A stretch of DNA of 63,691 bases, filler included, from Rhabdomonas costata (GCA_019059605.1; 57 parts of 57 records of this genome joined end to end with filler, not necessarily neighbours in it); one strand, 5' to 3'; counted from the whole stretch's first letter, positions 12,863 to 25,751 are shown. Numbers and translations: made by a program. Notes: generated from the sequence alone by a model not told the origin.

Positions 12863-13499
12863 CCTTGCGCGTTCTTGGGGACCGGATGGCACCCCGAGAA
12901 CGCACCCGAGAACCCACAGGGCGCAAGGAGCTGTCCACGCTTACTTGAACTGATCCAACCTCATGCTCCGTCGGCACAGCGTCTCCGAGACCTCCACCTG
13001 AGAAGGCCCTTGCGGCACCTAAGGAACAAGCACGGCCTCGATGGGGCGTTGTCGGGCCTCTGCTCTCACATGCGCGCTTCCCACATAGGAGGGGACTTTC
13101 CGTGCCACCTCTGGAAGAGGAAGCGCCGCCATACTTTCTCGACCATTTGCTTCGGATACCCCCGCCAGAGGGTATTCCGGAAGACCATAGCCACGGACTC
13201 CTTGATACACACACGCACACACTTACAGGTGAAAGAAAGAAAAGAAAAGCTGCCCGTAACCTAATACGCGCGCAGTAAGTTCTCGCAGGGTCCTGTAGCT
13301 GTGTTGTCAGACGTGGGTGCCGGCTCACCACAACCCNNNNNNNNNNNNNNNNNNNNNNNNNNNNNNNNNNNNNNNNNNNNTTAATTAATTAANNNNNNNN
13401 NNNNNNNNNNNNNNNNNNNNNNNNNNNNNNNNNNNNGTTTTTGTGCGATTCTGCCGCAGAATCACAGAAAAACAGGAACGCAAAGAAAAAAAGCGCGCC

Positions 13500-14280
13500 T
13501 GGTGCCAATCGTTGCTCAGCTCCGACAGGTCAGAAGGTTCCTGCATGTATGCATTCGAAAGAAAATACCGCCCCAAAAGGGCCTTGCACGCGCCATAGTC
13601 TTCATAAACCTCACGAATGCGCTCATCCGCAAAGTAAGGTCGGAGCTCCAGCAGTGTACCCTTGTCTTCAGAGTTGTCGATGACCATCACGGAGCAACCG
13701 TTGCCGAGGTCAATCTCGGCGCCACAGGAGATGGCTACAGGTTGGATTTCCCCGCCTAGCCACGGGCTTGTGGCCTTGGAAACAGGTGCTTCCACAATAA
13801 TTGCATGCACATGTGAGGTTAGATCCATTAACTTTGTCAAGGCAACCTTGGCATCCGATGATCTCAGAATTCGCCAAACGCCCGCGGTTGCGGTGAAAGG
13901 TCTGGAGTTAGAGCTTTCCTTCTGTGACGCCTCATTCCTGACGTTGCCTTGCACAACTGGAGGTCCAATATTCGCATACCTGATCAGCTCGGACAGTCCA
14001 GGACAGGCAGACCGAGGCACGTTGCCAGGAGACTTCTTTTGCTTCCGGGATAGAAGACCTGGGCATGAAAGCTTCGGCAAGATATCCGTTGATGCATCGT
14101 CCACGGGTACAAACACGGGAGGCGGCGTCAGCGGAAGGGAAGAAACAGATGACACCTTTACAATTCCGCATTCCAAAGGGATAGGAACCGCCACCCCTTT
14201 TTGTACGTCCCTCAAAACTACCAAATCCAAAGTCGATTTTTGGTTCCGCTTGGGATGTAGGGGAAGACCGATGTTTTGGA
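13500..14280 (-). CDS. Long exon of unknown protein
   Basis: Part of a 319-codon open frame with globular-looking composition; it may end at CAG|gcgcgc before a T-rich tract. Confidence 0.4.
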
Positions 14281-14282
<2 letters not shown>

Positions 14283-14328
<46 letters not shown>

Positions 14329-14336
14329 AAGGCACG
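14283..14336. repeat. (GGCACA)n hexamer microsatellite
   Basis: Seven perfect units plus two variant units. Confidence 0.95.
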
Positions 14337-15039
14337 AGACGCAAGGGATTGTGGTCTAGTTCTCAGCTCCAGTGGTGGGGCACCACTCTGGGAAGCGAGT
14401 GGCCCTCCCCGTGGCGGCGCTCCACACCGCGGAGCTCGTGGAGCACACCCAACACCNNNNNNNNNNNNNNNNNNNNNNNNNNNNNNNNNNNNNNNNNNNN
14501 TTAATTAATTAANNNNNNNNNNNNNNNNNNNNNNNNNNNNNNNNNNNNNNNNNNNNGTTGGTTGGTTGAATATGCCAGGTTCCCCCTGGGTTACTTTAGC
14601 AGGGAGACTGTTCACCGCCGCGGAACGGCCTAGGATTACAGGTGCTAAAACAGGAACCTACATATGAAAGTCATGCGTTTCACTGAAAAGGGCCTCCTGA
14701 GGCAGCGTTGGAGGTGCCCAGATAAGGCCAGGTGGGGGATTATTACGAACCGGGGTGCTTCTGGCCACTAACTAGCTTCGTCGGGACCTGAACACGCAAC
14801 CCGCAGCGAATGTATTAATTGGGTCGACCAAACCACAGGAAGGGATACGTCTGAGGGCGCGGCCCCAGGAAGCGACAGATTTTAATGACTTGTTCATCCC
14901 ACAGTTGGTTTATTTTTCTTCTCGCTTCTGCACTTCTACACTCCTCCAATCCAATGGCCACTGCTTACCTTTCTCCCTTTCAGGTTTGTGGGCGCCGTCG
15001 TGTGTGTGTGCCCCCCCCATCACTAGCCTCACCATTTGC

Positions 15040-15320
15040 TGTCCGCCGTTGGTGGAATGTCAGCTGGTTTGGGGCTCGGTAGGGGCCAAAAAGCCGACCC
15101 TGGGGATAGGGTTCCCCACGATGATCTCGACGACATTTTTGCAGGTTTCCCGGACCTTTTATACTTTCAATGGTGTCTGTGAGTACTTTGAAATGGTCTT
15201 GCTTATAGAGGGGAGGGGATGCAGGCAAAAGGTGCACATAATAGGGAGAGGTTACCTTCTGGTGCCTACGCTTCCCCATATATTTTTCACAGCCGTTCCA
15301 GAAGACTCGGATGCTGCGCT
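15040..15320 (-). mobile_element. Decayed DIRS-like RNase H fragment
   Basis: Motifs in the expected order across frameshifts: AASESSG...FKVLTD...PTE-(N)PADIP, resembling DAS.G / v.tDn / NPADxxSR. Confidence 0.4.
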
Positions 15321-16249
15321 GGTTTGTGTGTGCGCGTGTTTGGAGGCTGGGTCCCGGCCTCTCCCATCCCCTTTCGCGTGACCACGTTTCCCTTTCCTCC
15401 ACATTTCCATGAGATAATGGTTTTCAGCTCCTCGCCGCTGGTTTCCACCTTTAAGCGGCTTTCGTTTTCCTTCCCTTCCACTCGTGAAGAACAAACATAG
15501 CAAGACAATACTGGTCAGAGGCCTTATCTGCGCACCAGCAGTAAAGCAGTTGCACCACCCCCCAAACACACACCCCNNNNNNNNNNNNNNNNNNNNNNNN
15601 NNNNNNNNNNNNNNNNNNNNTTAATTAATTAANNNNNNNNNNNNNNNNNNNNNNNNNNNNNNNNNNNNNNNNNNNNGGTTTTTTGGAAGTGCATAATAAT
15701 GGATCAACGAATAGTAACAAACGGCCACAGCTTGAGAATTCATCACTTCCTTGCCTAGAATAATATTGCAGCATCGTGCCGAAGCACTTTTGAATGTCAA
15801 GGTATAAGGAAGGTCTGTTCGCCCTTACGTTTGCATTGTCGTCCTTTCGGGCGTGTCGTCCTCGTCGACCTTGAGCATCTCCTACAGGCGGGGACCCGAC
15901 GAAGATGTGTTTGACGAAGCCTGCTTGCAGTTTGAATCCTATACATGAAGAAAAATTACTAATTAAGGAAAAATGGTATAAAAAAAGGTAAAGGCATTAA
16001 TAATGGCTCGGATCAAGTCCGGGTCAAGTCCATTCATCTTTGAGAGGGGAATTATGCCTCATCAAATAATGGATCGCCTTTGACGCTGATCCGTTGTTCC
16101 ATTAGTTGTGGTGGTCCATCGTGATTCATTTGAGGTATATGCATGGCACTCTTCGGCAGTGCCTATTATATTGTTGGATAATTTTCTTTTTGTGACATCC
16201 TCCTTCAGTATCTTTTTGGGGGTTGTTTGCTTCTTTTCTTTGCGAAAAA

Positions 16250-16515
16250 ATGCGGAGGGCGTGCCAGAAATCTGTGCAACCCCTGCTCTCTCGGGGCATC
16301 TCTGGCGTTTCTCCGACTATCTTCCTCCGCCCTCTTCGTCCTGCGGCGAAGAAGGACGTCACGGACCCCACTCTGCTCCGCACCAAAATGAGCGCCCTGT
16401 CCCGGTTCGCCAAGGCGCAGCTCGCCAACGCCGATCATGACGCCAAGGCGGCAATCCAGGCCGACATTGCCCGGTACGAGAAGTACTTTGACAACACCGA
16501 AGCCTTCGTTTCGGT
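16250..16515 (+). CDS. First exon of unknown protein with an Arg/Ser/Leu-rich N-terminus lacking acidic residues (possible mitochondrial presequence)
   Basis: ATG after a pyrimidine tract; MRRACQKSVQPLLSRGISGVSPTIFLRPLRPAAKK; strong donor gtgagt at 16516. Confidence 0.55.
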
Positions 16516-16595
16516 GTGAGTGCGTGTGGTGCAAGCCTGCCATTGTGTTGTTTTAATCGGCATTACTTTGGAATTGTACCCACGGCAAGGAACCA

Positions 16596-16654
16596 TAACT
16601 CTAACCCAAACCGCATCACTAACCCTAACTCTAACCCTAACTCTAACCCTAATC
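16596..16654. repeat. Degenerate interstitial telomere-like (CCCTAA/CTCTAA)n tract
   Basis: ctaaccctaactctaaccctaactctaaccctaa. Confidence 0.75.
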
Positions 16655-16929
16655 TCCAAAGGTAACGTCAAAGAAGCCAATAAACACAACACAACNNNNN
16701 NNNNNNNNNNNNNNNNNNNNNNNNNNNNNNNNNNNNNNNTTAATTAATTAANNNNNNNNNNNNNNNNNNNNNNNNNNNNNNNNNNNNNNNNNNNNTGTTG
16801 GTTGGAAGTGAATCTCGAGTCCGAGATACCCGGACCCAGGCCGTCCACACGGTTGGTGAACTTGGCAAGTCCAGCTCGGTGATCATCAACACACTCACAC
16901 GCTCAATCTTTTGCCTTCTGGGTGGACAG

Positions 16930-17765
16930 GCTCACTCGAACTTACGCCCCCGAAGGGATCTTTACCAGCTCTGGAGACCAGCATAGCTCGTCTGCCGTGA
17001 CGAGGTTGCCTGCGTCTATCCCCACGCTTCGCCGCACGCTGGACAACACGCTGGAGACGATGGGAGTGACAAGTATATCGGCCCAAGGCAAGTCGCACCT
17101 TGCTCCCTTATTATTGCTTTGTGACGCTGCTTTGGTTCTGCGCTGGGACCTTCCGCGGCACACGCACACACACACACACACACACACACTTTTGGGGGTT
17201 GTGGGTGGGAAGAATCACCAAAAGACAAGGACGCACAACCTCAGGAGTACAGAAGTTCGGTTTCTGTTGAAAAAAACAATATAACGCGATAGGGAGAAGA
17301 GGAGGAGACAGCAAGGGTACAACAACACACACAGACTCGCTCGCATACCAACACGACTCATCCATTTTGGATGAGTCATAGGACACAGGGACTTTATGCT
17401 TGTCTGGGGCACTGAGATTTGGCTGTGTGCTGTGTGGCATTTTGCCTTATTGCAGGCCGTGGGCAGCAGTCGCTCAAGCCGCCCGCCCCTGCTGGGCAAG
17501 TCTCTTTCGAGACGATGAAGGCATTTCTGGGGAGCCTGCATCAGCTGGACCACTTCCCCACGGACATTCCGGAGGTGACGGAGATGCTTAGCGGGGAGCA
17601 CAGCGAAGGGGTGTCTCAGGTAGGAATACGGCCCCCGCCTTTTTCATTTTGGTTGATCATCTGGAACAGCTCAGCTCTGGGCTGCCCCCCAAATTGTTTC
17701 GAATCCGCAGCATACGCTTCAGCCTACTCTTTCTCCACTCTCTTCTCCAGCGCGACCTCATCCAG
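16930..17765 (+). CDS. Three exons of unknown protein (16930-17087, 17456-17619, 17670-17765)
   Basis: Phase-compatible junctions: AAG|gcaagt...tgcag (GC-AG, phase 1) and CAG|gtagga...aacag (50-nt GT-AG intron). Confidence 0.6.
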
Positions 17766-18561
17766 GTAGACCAGGAACTCCATTCCCATTTGGGTCCTGT
17801 CTGGTCACACATTTTNNNNNNNNNNNNNNNNNNNNNNNNNNNNNNNNNNNNNNNNNNNNTTAATTAATTAANNNNNNNNNNNNNNNNNNNNNNNNNNNNN
17901 NNNNNNNNNNNNNNNGTGTGGGTGTGTTTGGGTGGTGTTGTAACGTGATATTTTATTAGTTGGTGCCTGTTTCTCTGCATTTCTTTTTTTCGAATCTGCT
18001 GGACACTTTGAAGGACTTCTGGGTGAATCCCTTGATGACGCTCGCCTGGTTCTTTGAGGTGGAGGGAGTCCTGGCGAACAACTGCTTTTTAAACGAGGAG
18101 GCCGCGGATGCTAGCAGCCTGTGGGAAATCAGCACCAAGGTGGAGGTGGCTCGTTTGAGCCGCGGCATCACCCGTGTGGACGGAAGCTATAGGGGCATGC
18201 GAAAGTTCCGGCTTGTGTTCTGAAGACTTCCGGGCACAACTCGTCCTTGGTCTTTGGGAGTTTCTTGCTTTACATCGGCTGTGCTGTGAATTTAGAGCGA
18301 CTGGGCTTTGCTTTACTTGCGTGTCCTGTGGTGCCTTTGGGACCTGGCTTCAGTGTTGTGACGAGTTTGAATGGTTCTCCGTCGAGTTATTTGCCTGAAT
18401 TTATGGTCCTTTTGCATCGTAAGCAAGCTCTAAAAAAATACGAGAATACATTATGTGCCAGTTTTACAAACCTTATTGCATTTCTTGCGCAGAGGTGATT
18501 TGCTTGCTTTTTCTTCTACATCTTTACATTTTTTTTCATTTCTTTCTTTTTTCCTGGAGCC

Positions 18562-18837
18562 ATGGCCACGTTTGGATGGACTATTTTCCATGGGCGGGAG
18601 CTGCTCGTCCACGTCCTTGGACCCACCGTCACAGTGTACACGTCCACCGCGGAGGTAGTTCAGCGGCTGTGCTTTCGGGAGGACATCCGGGTGGTTGATT
18701 TCTGCCAGAAGGACGGCCGGCTGGCCGTTGGGCTTAAGTCCTCCGTTGTTCTGCTGAAACCCTGTGTGGGAAGTGCACCCCGTGTCCTGGAGGAGCTGTC
18801 GTGGAGTGTCGCAGAGACGTTGGAATGCGGCGCGGAG
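18562..18837 (+). CDS. N-terminal WD40 exon resembling Rav1/DmX-like (RAVE) proteins
   Basis: GRELLVHVLGPTVTVY...VVQ...VVDFCQKDGRLAVGLKSSVVLLKP...W parallels the DMXL/Rav1 N-terminus. ATG follows polypyrimidine-AG; donor at 18838. Confidence 0.5.
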
Positions 18838-19035
18838 GTCTTTATATCTCACCCTCTATGTGTTCTGCTTTTGGCGCCTTTTGGTTTGCGCAGATGTTTT
18901 GATGCAAAAATACGAGGAATTTTTGCACCAAAACANNNNNNNNNNNNNNNNNNNNNNNNNNNNNNNNNNNNNNNNNNNNTTAATTAATTAANNNNNNNNN
19001 NNNNNNNNNNNNNNNNNNNNNNNNNNNNNNNNNNN

Positions 19036-20055
19036 TTCTTCTTCTTTCCTACATCATCCTCTCTTGGTTGGGTTTGTCAGTTAACTTTGATTAATTATTC
19101 TTATTAGGTCGCTGATTTAGTATAGTTTTTGGCTTTTTATTTTATTTTCAATCGTCATAAAATTTTCGTGTTTAAATGACTTCGATTTCAGATTTTGGTG
19201 CAGTAACAATTCTAATTTTTTCGATTAAAAAAAGTGTAATGATTTTTGTTTTTAAATTTTTAGAAATAATTAATTGTGTGTATTTTATGGAAGTTGTTAC
19301 TTAATTTGTGAGATTTTAATTACTTTCTTTTTTAATTTATGAAAATAAATAATAAAGGGCATTTAAGTAAGGGAGAGTGAGCATAGCTCAATCAACCCAC
19401 CAATATTAGGAGAATAGCCTAAGTTTGAATAAATTAAGTGAATAGCCCAATTAATATTTCAATACCTAAATTACCCTCATATATAAGAGCAAAACTCAAT
19501 TTTCCCAAAACTTAAACCTAAACTCGTTCTCATCTTCGTCCATTTCACGCCACCGATCCACTTCACGCCGCCGATCCATTTCACGCCACCGATCCACTTC
19601 ACGCCGCCGATCCATTTCACGCCGCCGCATCGTCGCCAATCGTCGTCCATCCTCGTTGCTGATCCCTAACGTCGCCGGCGAGATCCGTCATAGACGCCGT
19701 CAAGATCCGCCATAGATGGCGTCGATTCCGTCGAGCTCCGGCGGCGACGATGCTCGGAGAATTGACGGCTCAGATTGACTCAAAAATCGGCGGGGGAGAG
19801 GAATCGGCGGCTGAGAGGAAATCGGCGGCGATGGATGGGATTGAGGAGAGGCACTTTGTAAATTCACGAATCGGTTAATTTAATTAACATACTGGAATGA
19901 GTTAGGTTAATTAATTAACTGATTCGTGAAGGATTTGAAATTCACAAAAAATTTACAAAAATCATAACTTAAGTCAATTGATATTCAAAGCATTCAATTA
20001 ATTAACCTAATTCCGAATTCAATCATTTAGTAAATTAACTTTAGTCACAAAACAC
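19036..20055. other. AT-rich non-coding fragment with GC-rich core; probably foreign (plant-like) DNA or a MITE-type element
   Basis: Composition unlike neighbouring fragments; no ORF in the track; internal inverted repeat near 19863-19930. Confidence 0.5.
19540..19626. repeat. 18-bp tandem repeat (CAYTTCACGCCRCCGATC), about 4.8 copies
   Basis: Directly visible, with alternating variants that give a 36-bp higher-order period. Confidence 0.95.
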
Positions 20056-21966
20056 NNNNNNNNNNNNNNNNNNNNNNNNNNNNNNNNNNNNNNNNNNNNT
20101 TAATTAATTAANNNNNNNNNNNNNNNNNNNNNNNNNNNNNNNNNNNNNNNNNNNNTGTTTTGTGTCATTGCTACATTCGTATCCACACTGGTTTTCCTTG
20201 CCTTTCTTCTTCCTGTTTTTGTTTGTGCTGATTCCTGCTACTGCAAGAATTCCACGAGAACTCATCTATGATGTTTTAACGCCTTCAAAAAAAAAGAAAA
20301 TTGTAATGAGTCATCGGAACTGGGTTGTAGGGGTACGCTTGAGGTAGAGGTAGTTTAGAAGTAGAAGTGCACTGCTGAGTATATTGTCTGTTTCGGCCTG
20401 CGCAGTTGCTCTCTTGGTTTCGATGTCAATTCACAGCATTCTTCACCAGCCTTCCAATTCACACGAATGTGCAAACCTCCAGCAATTCCGGCATCCGATT
20501 GTTTAGCTCTGGGATTGATGGGTGGGTTCGCCCTGTACCTTTTCGGTCCTTCAGAATCGCTTCGGAGGACGGCGTGGAGGCCGGGGTGGACGTGTTTGAG
20601 CGTAGGCTGCCTGTTTACAACGGCAGGTTCAAATGCGAGGTGAGCGCCCATGCTACGCTTATTGCTGAACTTGCCCGTCTCCGTTCTTGTAAGTCGATAA
20701 GCGGTTGGCTACCTGGGCCAGGATTTGATGGATCTTTTCTTCTTCCTGAATCCCTGTGTTCCAATGATCCCAACATTTGGATAGTCAGAGTTCGGAGTTC
20801 GGGAGCGCGGGAGGGGGAGGGGGGGGCTACAGGTCTACGAGAATCAGAAGCGTCACTATTCTGGTAATTGGAGCGCTGAGGCTCTAAGGAGTCGCCGCAG
20901 CTATAAATTCTCGGACGCCACGGGGCGCCTGCAAGTCAGCATGGGGGGCTTCCAGCTTCCCCCGGGCTGGCAGTGGGATGGGCCTTGGTATTCCCTCACG
21001 CCTTCACCACTTTGCTTGTATTCCTCCGAGGAAGTGGAGGGTGATTTCTTCATAGTTTTTGTGATAAGTGAAATTTCTGCAGGGGGTTAGCAGGCGATGC
21101 GCGTGTCCCCTGAGCCCTGGGATTCTAATGTCGAAATTTGCAGGGGGTTGGTGGCGATGCCCGTTCTCCCTGGGNNNNNNNNNNNNNNNNNNNNNNNNNN
21201 NNNNNNNNNNNNNNNNNNTTAATTAATTAANNNNNNNNNNNNNNNNNNNNNNNNNNNNNNNNNNNNNNNNNNNNTGTGTGCGAGGCATTGTACACTAAGG
21301 CTTTTTGGCCCAGCTCTCGGGGGGCGTTGAGGTACAATTGAACCGGGTTTACATCATCCTGGGTTTATTTTTTTCTCTTTTGCCATGTTGAGCTGCACGG
21401 TTGGAAAAGGAATGGAACTGCTAGGGGACTGCTGTAGGCACGTGTTCTGCAAAGAAAGGACGTTTCATGACGTGCGCCGATGCGCGTCGTGTGATTTAGG
21501 CTGCTGTACTGCCGTTTCCCCTTGCATGGCCATAAACGACCTCTGCGACTGCATTCTTTTGTCTCTCCGCGAGGAGATATTTAGCAGTAGAAGGACGAAA
21601 ACCGCAACTAAATCTCCATCAAGAGGTGCTTTGGATTTTTGGTGACTGGGCTTCAGCGAGCCGCTGGAATTGTGCTGGCTGCTGCTTGGTTAGCCGTATT
21701 CGAATTGGGAGAAATGCAGGATTGTCAACGAGGCCAGTACCTTTATCACCTGGATTGGAAAATGCCTGGTAGCGATTTCGACGAAGTATTAAACGCATTT
21801 TTCTGCGTGGCCGCTTCTTCGACCTGCGCCGAGCTGTTCAAGCTAACGCCCCTTGGAGTACGATGCAAGCTTTTGTCGGAAATTTTTCTTGCAACATCAC
21901 CACTTACGTATAACGATTTTGATCAGAGCTGCTGTTCTCGGTTTTCCGTGCGCTTCTCCGCCATCA

Positions 21967-22293
21967 ATGGAAACCCTGTCCAACTTTGGGCAAAAGGCGA
22001 AGGAAGTGGCCTCCAACGTGAAAGAAGGAGTTTCGGAAAGAGTTCAAGGTCTGGCCGGATGGGTCTCTGAAACGACCCAGGACATCGGCCAGAAAACCTC
22101 AGAGCAAGCCAGCAAGGCGAAGGAGACGGTCTACAATGCTGGGCAGACGGTGCAAGAAAAGTCTCACGAGTTGGTTCAAAGAGCTTCTGAGCTCACGGAG
22201 AAGGCAAAGGAAACGACGTATGAAGCGGGCCAGATTATCTCCGAGCAGGCGGGCAAGGCGAAGGAGATGGTGTGCGGTGCTGGACACACACAA
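21967..22293 (+). CDS. Group 3 LEA-like hydrophilic repeat protein, 5' part
   Basis: METLSNFGQKAKEVA...SEQASKAKETVYNAGQ...TEKAKETTYEAGQIISEQAGKAKEMV; recurring KAKE amphipathic repeats. Confidence 0.7.
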
Positions 22294-23511
22294 NNNNNNN
22301 NNNNNNNNNNNNNNNNNNNNNNNNNNNNNNNNNNNNNTTAATTAATTAANNNNNNNNNNNNNNNNNNNNNNNNNNNNNNNNNNNNNNNNNNNNGTGTTGG
22401 GGGGCCATCTCCAGGCTCTCTCCAGAGATGGCCCAGCCCACCCTCCCGGACTACACTCAGGTGCGTGCTGGGGACGGGGGTGGAAGGGTGTGGAATGCTG
22501 GGTGGCTCTCTTCCCGCGGATCCCCACGTTTCTCGCGCATGCCCCCATCCACCACGCTGTGCCCTGTCTCTTGGGTTGAAAATGAATGGTTGTCAAGGCT
22601 AGTTTTTGCCTGAGTAAGAATTGATAGCTTGGGCTCTGGGCATTTTTGTTTGACTGTTGATCAAATCAATTTTTGTTTTTTTGCTCTCGAACATGACAAC
22701 ACACTGGTGGAGACGCACTGATCAACGCACGTGCACACATTTTGAGAGTCAGAAACACCCGCACACACATATCTACGCACCAGTGTGACATAGGGACGCC
22801 GAAGTCTTCGGTCTACTGTGAGAAAACCTTCATATGCATCACCACTTTTTCGCTTCGCAACACCACAACACACACCTGGGCGCATCTGCCTGACTAGAAC
22901 AGAAGGTGAAAGTGAGTTCACATGCGTGCTTGCCCCACACGTCCTCAGGCCCAGGCTCCGGTCCGGCTCCGGTCCCAGGGGGCCCATGTCGGAAGTCACC
23001 AGTAAGTAGGATAAATATTTGAGCCGAAACAAGTGGTCCTACCCCCAAAACCTACCCTATTTCTGGGGTGACTACTGCACCACGCGCACACTTACGCACT
23101 TTTCGGTTGTGAGCGGCTCAAAGTTCACCACAAAAGACAGGGAAAGCACAACAGGTTGCGACAACCTGTTCAAGAAGGAGAAACAAATGTCCGTTTTGTG
23201 TTCTAACCCAACCGCCACGAAGACCAGTAGACAGCAAGCAAAGAGGAGAGGACACGATGACACAGGCAGCACGGTGTGTCACACTGTGTCACCGTGCATC
23301 ACGCACGGTGCAGGCAAAGTCACACTCACATACATACACATACACACACACACGCACACACGCACAGACTCTCACACACGTTCTCAAGAGGACAGCTTGA
23401 GGACCCCCCACNNNNNNNNNNNNNNNNNNNNNNNNNNNNNNNNNNNNNNNNNNNNTTAATTAATTAANNNNNNNNNNNNNNNNNNNNNNNNNNNNNNNNN
23501 NNNNNNNNNNN

Positions 23512-23900
23512 GGGTTTGGTGATGCTTGCGGACACCGACGCGGGGTGCAATAGATAGTGGTGGGGCAAAGTCTTCGCCATTGTGAACGGTTGAAATCCAC
23601 CTTTTCAGGGAGTTTCCACTGGTGTGGTTCCTGTAGGCCGTCGATTATGGTGCCGTTATGAGAATGGTCCATGGTCCAGTGGTTACGGGTGATGCTCTGC
23701 CAGTGGACCCTCTTAAATGGTAGCAGGAGCAGCTGGTGAGGACGTTGATCGTAGATAAGCTAAGCATGCGGAGGTGGGTCTGCCCCAGCACATTTGGCAA
23801 AGCGGGCCATTTGGGATACGTACTGCCTTTGAGTGGATGGAGCGGCTGATAGGAGAACGAGCCACTGAACTGTGGGGAGATTGGTTTGGGAGGCGGACAC
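23512..23900 (-). mobile_element. Decayed tyrosine-recombinase-like fragment (DIRS/VIPER-type)
   Basis: LSAAPSTQRQYVSQMARFAK resembles the YR N-terminal a.sT...Y...w..F motif, and a frameshifted RVG-SASI near the fragment end resembles box I LR..E. Confidence 0.35.
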
Positions 23901-24763
23901 AACCTGGATGTACGGACGCGGATGACTGATGAGTGTGTGTTGTTGAGGGTCAGTGGACGAGGAAGGTGGAGGGGAGGGGACCTAGAGCAAGACAGAGGGG
24001 AGACTGGGAGCAAGTAGTTCGTTGTCATAAACGGAAGTGAGGCACGAGAGCGCACACTCCACCTGAGGATTTTTTCTGGGCTGGGGCGGAATAGTGGCAC
24101 GGGGCATTATTAGCGGCAATGAAACACCAATGTGGCGTGGTGGGGGCTTCGAGATGTCATGCTGTTTGCCCATTGTAACGGTCCTCATAATGTAAGAAAC
24201 CGATTCTTTCTCCACGGCCAAGGATCACTCCTTGCCCGGAAACACATACTCCCACAACACATACTTTCGCCCACGTTTTCCCCCTAACGAAATTCCCTTT
24301 TGGCCAAATTACCTTTCTGGTCATTCCCCTCACTGCCCAATACCGTTGTCTTTTTCGTGCTTTTCTTCCTGCTTTTGGTTTCCATTGGTACCGCTTTTCC
24401 CCCGCGGACCTTTTGGTCACTTGACCCTACCGACTTGTTTTGAAATTTACCGCATTAGACCAAAACAAAAGGAATCTAATTGGAAACCCCCTTTTGCTAG
24501 ACCAAAACTCCCATCCACACAAAACCCCCCCNNNNNNNNNNNNNNNNNNNNNNNNNNNNNNNNNNNNNNNNNNNNTTAATTAATTAANNNNNNNNNNNNN
24601 NNNNNNNNNNNNNNNNNNNNNNNNNNNNNNNGGGTGTTTGTTATGACAGTTCGCTCGAAAGCCAACCTGAAAGAAACTATGGAAGAACTGCAGTTGTGCC
24701 CAGAACTTTCTAGGCACAACCGCCTTTGAAAGGGAACGGGGAGGTGGGCGAACCCGTTTACAG

Positions 24764-24970
24764 GAGTTGTACCTTCCCGACGAGCAGGGCTCGCAGCTGC
24801 TGTCCAGGATTCGTGGTGAGCTTGGGTTGGCCCTTCCCGTGGTTGCGGCCTCGGCCCAGGTTCTTCCCTGCGAGGCAGGAGGCCTCGTGGAGCAGGGCTT
24901 CTCAGGGTTTCTTCGAAAACCCTACGGGCTGCCCGCCTTGCGACAGGCACTGCTGGACTTGCTGCAGTAG
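24764..24970 (+). CDS. Terminal exon encoding the C-terminal half of a CheY-like receiver domain
   Basis: ELYLPDEQGSQLLSRIR...LPVVAASA...GFSGFLRKPY...LRQAL* fits D..mP..dG...ir...lPiialTa...G...yl.KP. Confidence 0.85.
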   Translation, partial: ELYLPDEQGSQLLSRIRGELGLALPVVAASAQVLPCEAGGLVEQGFSGFLRKPYGLPALRQALLDLLQ

Positions 24971-25435
24971 CCAACCTGACTGTAAAGTTCTCTGGTCACA
25001 TTTCTTATTATGCTGTTGTATTCCGCTGTTTTCCTACCTTGGGCTTCCAGGCTCTTTCCTGGGATTCGTGTCGAGCGTGCAGGAAACGAATGGGGGAAGG
25101 GGGGATCCTTTGGGATTCAGAGGATCGTGTCACTTTCCGGGTGAGATGTGCACTCGGTTTGTTTTGTGCATAACTTGTTTCGGTTTTTGTGCGTAGAGTT
25201 GGTTGCCGTTCGTTGTAACTTGTAACAGGTGTGCCTGAATGCGAGGCATTGTACACTTTATATGATTCTCACAGTGACTAGGATCCTAAGGGAAAGCTTT
25301 TGGTTCATGCAGCTCAACTTAGGTTTTGCGGTTTTGGAAGCTGCCCACGATTCTTTCAGGTGTAGTGTTGCTATATGTCAACGAGCTGTCACGTAGGTAA
25401 GAAATCACACTGAGAGCCGTCTGAGAGCAAGAAAA

Positions 25436-25647
25436 AACCGGCAGTTCGAGCCTCGTCATTTCTTCTTTCTTTTGTTCCAGAAATTTGGATGTGCGCTTGA
25501 CCACATCGACCGGGGCGTTCCAACCCACTACAATCTATCAAACTGCACCGATCGAACCGGCAGTTCGAGCCTCGTCATTTCTTCTTTCTTTTGTTCCAGA
25601 AATTTGGATGTGCGCTTGACCACATCGACCGGGGCGTTCCAACCCAC
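25436..25647. repeat. 93-bp exact direct repeat (25436-25528, 25555-25647) at fragment end
   Basis: Two identical copies with period 119. Confidence 0.95.
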
Positions 25648-25751
25648 AAACNNNNNNNNNNNNNNNNNNNNNNNNNNNNNNNNNNNNNNNNNNNNTTAAT
25701 TAATTAANNNNNNNNNNNNNNNNNNNNNNNNNNNNNNNNNNNNNNNNNNNN

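Noticed and set aside
12267-13331. Long track ORFs such as 354 aa at 12267-13331, 354 aa at 50385-51449 and 267 aa at 49318-50121
   Set aside because: They run through microsatellites, introns or N gaps and show no coherent domain; probably chance or antisense frames.
14283-14336. VPVPVP run as a euglenid articulin
   Set aside because: It is a near-perfect hexamer microsatellite with no synonymous variation and no charged residues between VP units.
16596-16654. True chromosome end
   Set aside because: Short, degenerate, internal, and located downstream of a splice donor.
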